NCBI RefSeq assembly: GCF_009914755.1
Contig: NC_060927.1
Strand: one strand, 5' to 3'
Length of the DNA stretch: 64,000 nucleotides
Source of the DNA: the human T2T-CHM13v2.0 reference genome, Homo sapiens
Of the stretch, positions 13,431 to 24,868 are shown piece by piece. Position numbers and translations under genes: made by a program. The notes beneath the pieces are model-generated. The model saw only the letters and a list, made by a program, of their open reading frames with translations. It had not been told where the DNA came from and made no database searches. Position 1 is the first letter of the stretch. Every line of letters starts with the position of its first letter.

Positions 13431-14449
13431 GGACAGAAGGGAGGAAGGAGGGCCACGTTCACCTCTGATCTCAGTCTGACCTGCAGGTGCTAGTGTTTCC
13501 TCACTGCTTTCAGTCTCTTTCTCCTTTTCCACTCACCTGTGCAACACTTCTCATCTCCTGATGAGAGTACCAGGAGTTAGCAAAGACGGTGGAAGGTGAG
13601 AAGGTGTCTCCTACTGAGGCATTGGAAGAGGTGTGACGGCAGCGAGAGAATCGAAAACTTCATGATCAAAGTCAGCTCTACCCTTTCTTGTTCCAAAGGA
13701 ATAGAGGCTAATAACCCTTATTAAAAATCTCTAAGACTTTTCTAAGGCTTGTAGGCATTTCCTCTGGCATCAGAAAGACCTGCTTGAATTATGACAGGGC
13801 AACGAGAAGGGCTGCCTCCAGGCAGCCAGGCGCCTGCCTGCATGTTGGACTGCCCACCTCAGCCAGAGGGTAGGTTTGAGGACGATTTGAATAGCAAAGG
13901 AGGACAAGGGGGCACAGGTGACCCCTACCAAGTGCATCTTTCCTAGGTGACCCCTCTGCAATAAATTTTTTCAAAAGACAGTGTTTTGATATGATCATTA
14001 GTTAATGCAAAGATAGAGCAAATGATGTGAAGTAAGTGTCAAGCGTATTCCACAATGGAAATATTAGGGATTGGATCATGAGACCTGGAGAAAAGTAGCA
14101 AGGAGTGGCACCTTCCTGTGCCTGATGTACAGAGATTCAGGCCCCACCCTCAGATGCAAGAACCTAGTGTGTGTGTGTGTTTCTCTCTCCCTCTCTCCCC
14201 ACAAATGAAGACAACAGGCAGTACAATACCGGGTTTCTAAGTGAGTTGTTTCTCCAATCAAACAAAAGGCATCCTTCCAAACAAAAGGCAAAAAGCAGCA
14301 AAGCTCAGCCAGTCAGCCGGGACCTCCTGCTATGAACTATGTAACAACTTCCGTTTCTGAAAAACTGTACAATTGTAGCATTAGGATACTTGTAAAAATC
14401 ACACATCATAGGTGACCAATAAACATTTGCTGAGCAGATGGAAGCCTGT

Positions 14450-14660
14450 GTTCTTGGAGGACTTACTATGCACTAGGTACTATGCTCAGTACTTTACATG
14501 CACCCTCCCATTTAATCTCAGCAACATTATGAAATAGTTGGTGCTATCTCCATCTTTCAGATCAGAAAACAGACTCGGAGTGTTAGAAAGACTTTGTTTG
14601 AGGTCACACCGACAGCAGATGTCATAGTCTGTGATTCTCAAACTGGTGTCTTAGCCTTTG
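14450..14660 (-). mobile_element. MIR SINE
   Basis: acttactatg..tttaatctcagcaac..cagatcagaaaacagactc..aggtcacac. Confidence 0.7.
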
Positions 14661-15436
14661 GGCTAGTACCCCTTCCAGTGTACACAAGGTTAGTACTGCC
14701 ATTTGTCACTCCCAGGCACCCTGCCCTTCCAATCTGTGACTGCCCAATTCCCATGGCCTGGGTTTGGGCTTTAACTTCAGGTATCTACCTGATCCACCTC
14801 TGTGACTAAGAATCAGACTTCTCTGAGTAATACGGAGCCATCCGAATAGTTGCAGGAAGATGCCTTTTTTAAAACATCAACTTCCCTCTGTGCTCTCCAC
14901 CCTGCCCTTTATTGCTGCCTTTTTAAAAACAACCTCATCCCCAGATGTTTTGCCAAAGGTAGTTGTGGAGTAGGTGCTTACAAGTGTCTGTTTGAACTCC
15001 TAATTTCTTCAAGCTCTTCAACTTGTTAGTGCACCCTTGGGGCAGGGTGACAGATAGACATCTTCTAAGATGTTGGGCTTAATTTGGGAGGAAAGGGTAG
15101 CACAAGCGAGGGAAAGCTGAGAAAATAGTTCCCATTTCCTTTTATTGGACAGGCCATATGGAGAAGGGAATTGAATATTATTTATTGTAAAGTGATATGG
15201 AAAAAACAGTTGATCAGACTGGACTCTAGCTAATTCTGTCCTAATTTATCCATAAACCCAGCACTCTGACCCCCTAACTCCAGTGGGCTCACTCCACTGC
15301 ACTCTACTTCTCAATAATAATTTAATCCAAGTGGTCATTGACAGGGAGGTCTGTTTAGAAAGTCATCTTGTCACTCAATTTGCCTTTTAATGTTTACAGT
15401 TAGACAAAGTAACAGCAGTGTCTATAAAGAAAATGT

Positions 15437-15747
15437 GGCTGGGCACGATGGCTCACACCTGTAATCCCAGCACTTTGGGAGGCCAAGGCAGGCAGATCAC
15501 TTGAGGTCAGGAGTTTGAGAGCAGCCTGGCCAACATGGTGAAATCCCGTCTTTACTAAAAATACAAAAATTAGCTAGGCATTGGGGTGTGCACCTGTAGT
15601 CTCAGCTACTCAGGAGGCTGAAGCAGGAGAATCACCTGAACCTGGGAGGCAGAGGTTGCAGTGAGCTAACATCTCATGCCACTGCACTCCAGCCTGGGCA
15701 ACAGAGTGAGACTTGGTCTCCAAAAAAAAAAAAAAAAAAAAAAAAAA
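15437..15747 (+). mobile_element. AluS with long poly(A) tail
   Basis: Full Alu dimer; ~26-nt A run. Confidence 0.95.
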
Positions 15748-16254
15748 CAACGTGGCCCCCTTTGGTGGAAATGGAAGCTTAGGCATGTTGTCCTTCAGGA
15801 TCCCTGGCCAGTTCTCCGCCTTGTTCTCTTCCCATCATTGTTTGCTAGGATGTAGAGCAATCTTACCAAAATGAGTGGTTCATTAAGTATATTTTTAGAC
15901 TCTAGCCTATAATGGACATATTTTTTTCTTCCATAGATTATTCTGTAGCAAGTTGTGGAGATGGATAGAAAAAATCCCCCTAAACTATGTCTTGGTTCAG
16001 ATATTAGCTCAAGAATTGCTATGCCCAGGGAGTCTAGGAACCTATAATTGGGGTTGATACCACTTGACCAAACTGACCCAGACGTCAGTCACTTTTATTG
16101 TTTTTACTTGCTTTCAGCCACAATAATAACACCCCAGACACTTGGTACATTGATTTTTCTGCCATTTGTTGTGGTTTCCTTTGGTAGCAGGTGTCAGACA
16201 AGATCTGTCTTAGGTATCCATAGAGATTAGATATAAATATAGGTATAGATATAG

Positions 16255-16256
<2 letters not shown>

Positions 16257-16291
<35 letters not shown>
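16257..16291. repeat. (AC)n microsatellite
   Basis: Uninterrupted AC run. Confidence 0.95.
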
Positions 16292-16292
<1 letters not shown>

Positions 16293-16491
16293 TATATAAA
16301 GGGATTGCTTTTTTCAAACAAGCAAAGCCTTCCATGAGCAGGCAAAATCCCTAGACCCTACTGTGTCCTGCTGTCTTTTAGAAAGTAAGGGTGGGGGTCA
16401 GCCAGTAGAAAGAGTGTGGGCTTTGGAGTCCCATAGCAATGGACTCAAGTCTCACTTGTGTGTGTGTGACCTTGGAGAAGACAACATCTCA

Positions 16492-16695
16492 CAACAGTCC
16501 CCAGAGTGTGATGTTCCCCTTCCTGTTGTGGGGTGGGGGGAGGGGGGAGAGATAGCATTGGGAGATATACCTAATGCTAGATGACGAGTTAGTGGGTTGC
16601 AGTGCACCAGCATGTCACATGTATACATATGTAACTAACCTGCACATTGTGCACATGTACCCTAAAACTTAAAGTATAATAATAATAATTAAAAA
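16492..16695 (+). mobile_element. 5'-truncated, 5'-inverted L1 (L1PA2-type) 3'UTR insertion within a MIR
   Basis: L1 3'UTR gatagcattgggagatatacctaatgctagatgacgagtt...aaagtataataa; inverted 5' piece 16492-16524; perfect 14-bp TSD AAGACAACATCTCA at 16478-16491 and 16696-16709. Confidence 0.92.
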
Positions 16696-17934
16696 AAGAC
16701 AACATCTCAGTTTTCTCTTCTTTCCAAGAGAAAAATTCCCTGCTTGATGCTGTGAAAAGTGAGGTTTTCATGAGTCGATGTCCTCCTGTAGCTGCCATCC
16801 TCCTTATTCTTCTTCTTACATTCTTATTGTTACTATTATTAGTGACAGTCATGTTTTATGAAAAACTTCTTTGTGTGATAGTTTTCATCTGGTATTCTCC
16901 CAAGGAGGCCACTCCCCTATTTTTGCAGCTTGGTTTTCCAAGTTCTGAGTTAAAGCAGTGTTTGCCCCTGCTCCAGAGCTCTCAGCTCTGTTCCTTCCAC
17001 ACCAGAAGTGGGAGTGGGAGGGAGCAGGGCAGACGCCTGAGAAGTGAGTCTTCTGATCTCCCTTCTACTGGTGCTGGCTGTTATAAGGAGCATTATAAGG
17101 AGGGCCTCGTTCTAAGAAGAAAGGTCAGAAAAAGAACCAAATGTTTACAGCAAATAATAAAAAGTTATTTTGAATATTTTTCTCTAAATAAAGTGGAAAG
17201 TATGAAACTGTGTTTATTTTTTAAATAAATTTAGGTTATATTTGCAATTGTACTCTAATTTTCCAAAGAAACAAATGGGGTAAGGGGCCAGGAGTTTAGT
17301 GTTTCTGATAAGATGATAAAATAGCACAATATGAAATCCTTCACTTTATATTTTGATTTTTCTCAGAATGACCACAAAAAGGGTAAAATATAGTAAAGAG
17401 TTTGATCAATTTTCCTAGGGTACTTTTCTTAGTCCTTTGCTGTTGAAATTATTCTCTTTGGAAGTACAGCTCATGTTTTATTTGTAGCAGGTATTTTTTC
17501 ATCTTTCTGCCTCTGACAGATTCTAATGTGCCAATGGCTTCCTGTGCGATTGGAGCTGTTTAACGTTACTTTCATGGACTTCATGAAATCTTGCCTCTTT
17601 GTCAAGATTTTCAATTGACTTTATAATCTATTTGCCTTGTACCTGTATTGCATTGCTCAATATTTACAGTATTAGGCAAACAGAAAGATATTGACCAAAG
17701 ATGTAGGTCTAATAGCAAGAGTACTAATTAGTTAGAGATGTTGGAGTAGGGACTAAGTTTTAACTAGGAGTAGAGGTTATGATGATTTGTGGCCTTATAT
17801 GCAGCTGTGGGGATTTGAATATTGACAGTATCTGAATATGGAGGCCACTTCTGTACTCAACATGTATTTACTGACTCAACAGAGGTTAGCCGCCCCTTGC
17901 TTCATTGTCTGTATCTGCAGAATGAGCATCATGA

Positions 17935-18486
17935 TGTTACCTGAAAGGGATCCCAATCCAGACCCCAAGAGAGGGTTCTTGGACCTCATACAAGAAAGAA
18001 TTCATGGAAAGTCCACAGAGTAAACTGAAAACAAGTTTATTAAGAACATAAAGCAATAAAAGAATGGGTGTTCCATAGGCAGAGCAGCCTCGAGGGCTGC
18101 TGGTTACCCATTTTTATCGTTATTTCTTGATGATATGCTAAACAATGGGTGGATTATTCATGCCTCTCCTTTTTAGACCGTATAGGGTATCTTCCTGACG
18201 TTGCCATGGCATTTGTAAACTGTCATGGCACTGGTGGGAGTGTAGCAGTGAGGATGATCAGAGTTTACTCTCATCACCATCTTGGTTTTGGTGGTTTTAG
18301 CCAGCTTCTTTACTGCATCCTGTTTATCAGCAAGATCTTTATGACCTGTATCTTGTGCTGACCTCCTAACTCATCCTGTGACACAGAATGCCTTAACCGT
18401 CTGGGAATGCAGCCCAATAGGTCTCAGCCTCATTTTACCCAGCCCCTATTCAAGATGGAGTTGCTCTGGTTCAAACACCTCTAACA
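17935..18486 (-). mobile_element. 3' LTR, MER41A-type (552 bp)
   Basis: Minus strand begins tgttagaggtgtttgaaccagagcaactccatcttgaataggggctggg, as in recalled MER41 consensus. Confidence 0.88.
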
Positions 18487-21400
18487 TTTCCCCCGTCCCT
18501 TTTATAAGAAAACCCTTAATCCTAAGGGTTGCAGAGGGATAAAGATGCATCTTCTGTAACTTCTTCAAGCTGATAGGGGCAATGCCATTCCTGCCTAACT
18601 ATTGGGTCTCTTGCATTCAGGGTAGATAGAGAGGAGCTCAGTCAGAAAGCATTGGTATGGCAAGGGCCGTTCATGACTCCGAGTTCTGACAAAAGATGAT
18701 ATCTAGAAGATTAAAAAGTGCTCAGTGTAAGAAAACATTTAGTAAGCTTGTCCAGCATTTCTACACAAAGAGTACAATAGCAACGTATTCCAAAACAGTA
18801 AAACAAAATAAGTAAAATTATCCCAAGTAAACTAAATAAGGCGTTCCATGAACTGGGCAACTATTGGAACCAAGCTGATATGAGGTTGCTAGCTGATTCC
18901 AATACATGCCCAGAATTAGAATATTGATCCAGATTTTTACATTACCCATCCCTGTTGTTTCTTCTGAGCAGCAGTCAAGAGATCACTGGTTGGTTCACAG
19001 GAATAAACAGGGTTGGCCTAAATTACAGAAAAAAACCTTAAAATCAACTGATGAGACTAGAACTTAATAACAGGTTATACCACAGTTCTTGAAACATAAT
19101 TGTTCTCTAGTTTCCCATTTTTGCTGGAGACAAATCATAGTAAGACTAATTTGCTTTATTATACTTGGCCTGATTATTTGTATACAGTGCAGCAAGAATA
19201 ATTATTTTTCACATAGGCTTTTAAATTTGTCTTTGATGAAATTTTGTTCCATAGAGGGAATCTCAGATAAGACTTTTTTTTAAAGCCAAGCCTAGCCATG
19301 GGTTTGTACCCCAGATATCTATGAGTTGAGTAAATTCTTCTCCTCTTGAGGTCCCAAAATAACTTGGGGCTCCTGGGCCTTTCAGAAGGTGACATTCTTT
19401 ACTTACCACAGGTCAGGAACCCTGTACAGGGACTGTGTAGACAAGGTATGAGGCTAGTTTTTTTCAAGGGGCTCTTCTTGGCTCTCTAAGTCAAGTTTGA
19501 TTCCTTAAAGGTAAACACACCATTCCAGTCAAAGCCTTGGTAAAATAACCAGTTTCTCCAGTTGTATCCTATTACAATAGAAAAGAGATTCTTACTGCAT
19601 TTATGCAAATAACTATATTGCCATAAGTTAAGATACTCTCAAATAGTTTCCAAATTCTGGAGGAACCAGGTAGAGAGAAACAAATATTCTCTAAATTTTT
19701 TCGCAGAAGTATAGTTTACTCAATTGTTAAAAGCTGTAAATAGCTCAAAAGAAAAATTTTCTTGGCCCTGGAAAACAAAAAGGATCAGCAATGTTTTAAG
19801 CAAAAAAGTAAAAGAAAAATATTACTTCAGTTTTTTATTAGTTCAGTTCATGCAGTTGACTCCTATTCTGCTTGAACAGAACTCCTGTTCTGTCATGAAC
19901 ATTTCAGCTCTCTGTGAGAGTCCTGAAACTTTCTTCCTCTATTCTAATGTCACAATCTCCAACATTATCAGAAATCTGCATTCAATAGCACTGTCAGAGT
20001 TCTATAGTTGATTATAAACCATCTCTTGAAGAAGATTAAAACAAGACAACAGTTGTCTGTGGATGATAAAAAGTCTTAGGACAGCCACTATTAAAGCCAC
20101 AATTGATAAAGAAATTTGGTTACTTCTGTGGCATCCAAATCTTACATAACAATTATAACTATTAATAACATACAGTAAGCCATGTTAGAATTATAGGACT
20201 TCTTATAATTTTGGAACACATACCAATAGCACAACTATATAAATATATCCCAAAGAAAGCCAAACACTGTTTCACATTTGATAATGCTTCCTGTTATGAT
20301 TTTTATACCAAATAAGCCAAGTTTTACCTTTGCATTAGTGTACTATTAATGTTAAATCCAATTCTTAATAAAACCTTATAGACAAATGTATTCAGTCTTA
20401 ATCAGTTTGACCACGAGGTAAGATTTTCATAAACCTTGTATAACCCTTTACATTTTTTTGTGAAAGAGCAGATCAGTGTTCTAAGAAAAACCTGTTGTGC
20501 TTTTATTCCAGTGTTTAATTTACAGAAAAACTGAATACTACCTCTTTAACTTTAGTCAATGTCCACACACAGAATTTCTTTTACCATTAATTTTTTTACA
20601 AACCTTCCACAAGTCATTCAAACTTTTAGCTTTATCCTAACTTAAAACAATCCTTTAACCCTTTAATCTAGGCAGAAAAAATCCACCTTCCAAAATATAT
20701 TCTACTTTTCTTACACACCTTGAGTGTAGAACTGTTTCCTTGGTGGTCTCAAATACATGTTACAGTGTTAACTCTTAGCAACTTTTACTTTTGGTAAAAA
20801 CCTTGGTAAGTAAGGGATTTTAATTATGTACTAGGTGCCGAGCCTAGGACACCATAAGGTCTGACTGTTTCCAGCATAACTAGAGGGCATGACTCTCCAT
20901 ATGTCCCCAGGCCTTATCTAGAGTCTAATGCTGCAAAATAGGTAAGCTGAACAATTTTCAAAAATCAAAGAAGCAGTTTATGACCTTAAAATATTTAGCA
21001 AAGCTAATATCTGACTTGCATAATTTAGACCAAATGTTTACATTTTTGAAGGTATTTTTATTTTATCAATAATCTTTAAAACTATCTTTATTTCCCAAAG
21101 ATTACTAAAGTCACCTGAACTAAAAGACATTACACTTTTTACTTTTCTGACAATATTTGATTTAAGCACCTATTATTTTTAAGCCAATGAATCAAAGCTC
21201 TTTTATATTACACATACAACACATATAAATACACAGACAGGCAGAAGATAAAAGACTCATTCCCTAAACCAGGAATTGAACCCTGAACCCATGCTGCCAT
21301 GGTGAAAAGAGAAAGCACAGTCACATGGTTACAAGGTCAAGTTTCCAAGGACATACAAGACAATAGGGAAATGTCATCCAGTTCTTTTTTCTTTTTTCAG

Positions 21401-22732
21401 GGATGTGCAGCAAAGTTTTTAACTGACCAGTTTGTTGCGCCTTCTTGAACAGTGGTTTTATGGGAGTCCTAGGCTCGCACTGTATCTTAGAGTACCCCTC
21501 TTTTATGACAGAACAATACAGAAAGACACACACAGCACACCAGATTCACTACAGTTTAAGACTAGCCTCACAAATCCTTTTTCCCATTTATCAAAACTTT
21601 ACAGAGGATTTTTTACCTAACAGAGGATAAATCCTTTACAGAGAATTTTTACCTAAACAGTGATTTTTACCATTCATTCAACCCATTGGGAGCGAGGGGG
21701 AGAGAAAGAAAGAGAGGAAAAAGGAGAGAGAGAGAGAAAGGGGGGCTGGGGAGAGAGAGAAAAAGAGGCTAGAAGTCTGACTGGTAAGAAATGTTTACCC
21801 TTTTATTGGCATCCCAGGCTTCTGGGTTCCCTTTCCCTGAGCAGCCGTAGTGACCGGGCTGGCTGGACCACAGCCCTGGGAGCCAAGCCGCAACACAAAG
21901 GAAAATGATTTTCCATTCTGGCCAGAGCAAAATACATGTGACAAAACACAGACATTAGCCCCTTTGCTTAGCGCCCAGTATCAAACTGGCAAGGCTCATA
22001 CTTGCCCCCCCATTGGGTCCCATCATTGTTAATCCAACCTCTGACCAGGAGTTTCAACTTGTTGCCTCTGGGCAAGATGGTGGCCCTGGGTAACAGAAAA
22101 GATAAGAAAGGTAAAGGAGAGAGAGCAAAGCACTGCCTGTGGCAGGGTGGGGAAAGTGAAGAGCTCAGGGAGGCCAGAAAAAGACTCACCTATTGCAGTG
22201 AAACTAAAAAGTTCAGGTGGCCACTTGTCGGTAGTGAAGGGATGTTTTCTGGCAGTCCCATCAGCTCTCAAGTTTCCCTTTTTCGGGGGAGGAAAAAGCT
22301 CCCCATGTCCTGTGGTCCTGTACATGCCTTATCCTGTCACCCATAGCCCTTAGCAACAAGTGCAAGACAGATTAATCCAAAGAGAATAGTAGTTAACATT
22401 CCATAGTGCCAAACCCGTTCTTAGCTGAGAGGGACTTTACTGAGAGGAGCCTCTAACCCCCTAAATCCTAGGAATGACTCTAACCTTCCTGAGTTGAGCC
22501 TTGAACCCAAGTTTGATCAAGCATCTTTGCCTTTCATTAATAGGAGCCTTTAGCCCACTCTGCCTTAGGAGAGACTCTTAACTCCCCTAAGTTGGGCCTC
22601 TAACCCAGTCCCATCCTTTACCCAGGTAGATGCACCCCACTTACCCAAAGTCAGTCAACTGGTGCATGCAGATGATTTTCCTTTGGGTTGGGGGTCTCTT
22701 CAGTATCATCCACCTGGGATTCACCAGAAAGA

Positions 22733-23283
22733 TGTTACTGGAAACGGGTCCTGATCCAGACCCCAGGAGAGGGTTCTTGGATCTCATGTAAGAAGGAATT
22801 CAGGGCAAGTTTATAAAGTGAAAACAAGTTTATTAGGAAAGTAAAGGGATCAAGAATGGCTACACTGTAGGCAGAGCATCCTTGAGGGCTGCTGGTTGCC
22901 CATTTTTATGTTTTTTTTTTTTTTAATTATAGGCTAAACAAGGGGTGGATGATTCATGCCTCCCCTTTTTAGACCAATAGGGTAACTTCTTGACATTGCC
23001 GTGACATTTCTATACTGTCATGGCATTGGTGGGAGTATAGCAGTGAAGACGACCAGAGGTCACACTCATCGCCACTTTGGTTTTGGTGGGTTTTAGCCGG
23101 CTTCTTTACTGCAACCTGTTGTATCAGCAAGGTCTTTATGACTTGTTGTATCTTATGCCGACCTACTATCTCATCCTGTGACTTAGAATGCCTTAACTTT
23201 CTGGGAATGCAGCCCAACAGGTCTTAGCCTCATTTTCTCCAGCCTCTAAAGATGGAATTGCTCTGGTTCAAATGCTTCTGGCA
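22733..23283 (-). mobile_element. 5' LTR, MER41A-type (551 bp)
   Basis: Colinear homolog of 17935-18486. Confidence 0.88.
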
Positions 23284-23375
23284 ATGACATTCAGATCAGC
23301 AAGGATACAGAGTTGTCTGTTATGACCCAATGTAGACTAGGTTAAAACTCATTGTAGTACTAGTATAATCTAAGA

Positions 23376-23570
23376 CATTGCTGTCCAGAAGAACTTTCCA
23401 CAATGATATAAATGTCCAAAAGTGTAGTCACTAACCAGAGGTAGCTGTGGAACCCTTGAAATGTGACTTGTGCAACTAAGGAACTGAATTTTTAGTTGCA
23501 TTAATTTTAATTAAGTTGAAATTAAATTTAAATTTACATAAGGCTGGTGGCTACCATATTAGAAACACAG
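23376..23570. mobile_element. MER3 DNA transposon
   Basis: gctgtccagaagaactttc..tgcaactaaggaactgaattt..gtggctaccatatt. Confidence 0.75.
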
Positions 23571-24805
23571 TTCTATGAGATTGCTTCCATGATGCTATCT
23601 CCTGACAATGGAGAAAGCTTATCAAGACTCCCTCCAGGACCAAGGTAGTTTCCCTGAGGCCAAGAGCTTCTTCAAATAGCAAAGCTGTGAACAGGTTACT
23701 CAAGTAATTCATCTGATCCCTTTGTATAACCAGGAGAAGCTCTGCTGTTCACCAGAGCAGCCAACTCTTTTATAAGAGGTGCTAGCAGGGCTTTTAATTT
23801 TCTGTTGATTCTGCACAGTCACTGTCTAGTAATAAAGGACGGACCATTCTGACCAACTCACTGCTGCCCTTTTGTGCCTAACCAAAACCACCCCTGTGGA
23901 TAGGCAAATGTCCCAGAAAACATCAGCCCCGTGGTGGCCTGGAGCTAGGCGGAATTTAGCTCAGAGTAAAGATATGTTACAAATTAAATGTTGCAGTTGG
24001 TATGTAAAGCTGTAATAAATAGAAACTGAGTTACATCAAGGACGGAATTAAACCTTAAGTTTAAACTCCACAGCACTGTAATTAAAACTTAGCCTGTAGC
24101 AAATCATTCACTTGAGATTAAAGTAGTGTGGGGGAAGCAGAGGTTTGGGCTTACCTTGCTTTCTACAATTTATAAGTCTGAGCTACCAAAAGCTAACGGC
24201 CCTGCCCCCAAATCCAGCTCCCAATTAAAAACACAGTTTGAAAACCTTTAGGAGGCCTGAGGGGCCCCTTTAACAGAAGTCTGCCCCTTCCCCCCTGCCT
24301 CAGTCTATGAACAAATTAAAAAATATTACCTGGTCCCCTGATGGTCCTCTGAGCTGACACGGTGTTTTCATTAATACATCATTAGAGTAATGACATTGTG
24401 CTGGCGTTTTGCTTTCAAAACAGCCTGCACTTCAACCGCCAATACAGGCTTGGGGGCTTCTGAGCACTTTGTTCCTGGGAAATATTATTCAGGTCATATA
24501 AAGAAAAAAAAAAAGGAAGACAAACTGTAATTCATCATTTTTTAATGCAATTTTATTCCAATCTGGATCATTCAAGACTCGTTCAGTCTTTTATTTTTGT
24601 TAGTTTTGCAAAGTAAACACCGGGGTTATCTTAACCGTGGCCTTAAAGCCTAGAACCAGCAGGCTTTTGCAATTGCCTGAAAACAATTGCTTTCCAAAAA
24701 AATAAGTTTGTCTAAGGTTGGAAGTGTGTCATTCTGTTTAAAAGCAGTGTGATGGCCCGAAGTTGAAGCTGTTTTTTTGTTTTTGTTTTTTTTTTAATTT
24801 TCTAG

Positions 24806-24868
24806 ACTGTGAATTGTTACCTCATAGACAATAATGGATTTATTTTGGTGTCTGAAGACTACACACAG
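24806..24868 (+). CDS. CACNA2D3: CACNA2D3 coding exon (63 nt, phase 0-0): TVNCYLIDNNGFILVSEDYTQ
   Basis: T-rich tract ttctag| and CAG|gtgagt; CYLIDNNGF is the conserved alpha2delta Cache-domain motif. Confidence 0.97.

Larger units (their letters stand above)
17935..23283 (-). mobile_element. ERV1 MER41 provirus (LTR-internal-LTR), non-coding, antisense to host gene
   Basis: Two homologous ~550-bp TG...CA LTRs; 4-bp TSD ATGA (17931-17934, 23284-23287); polypurine tract on minus strand at ~18487-18502; ~4.2-kb internal region without long ORFs. Confidence 0.92.

Noticed and set aside
16752-17228. 158-aa ORF with a signal-peptide-like hydrophobic N-terminus
   Set aside because: The Leu run comes from a (TTA/TTC) simple-repeat tail next to a MIR; no recognisable homology or transcript evidence
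22705-22732. Primer-binding site of the provirus (minus strand tggtgaatcccaggtgg)
   Set aside because: Correct position but too degenerate to assign a tRNA
18487-22732. gag/pol/env coding in the ERV interior
   Set aside because: Only short ORFs with no retroviral motifs; consistent with a non-autonomous MER4-group element
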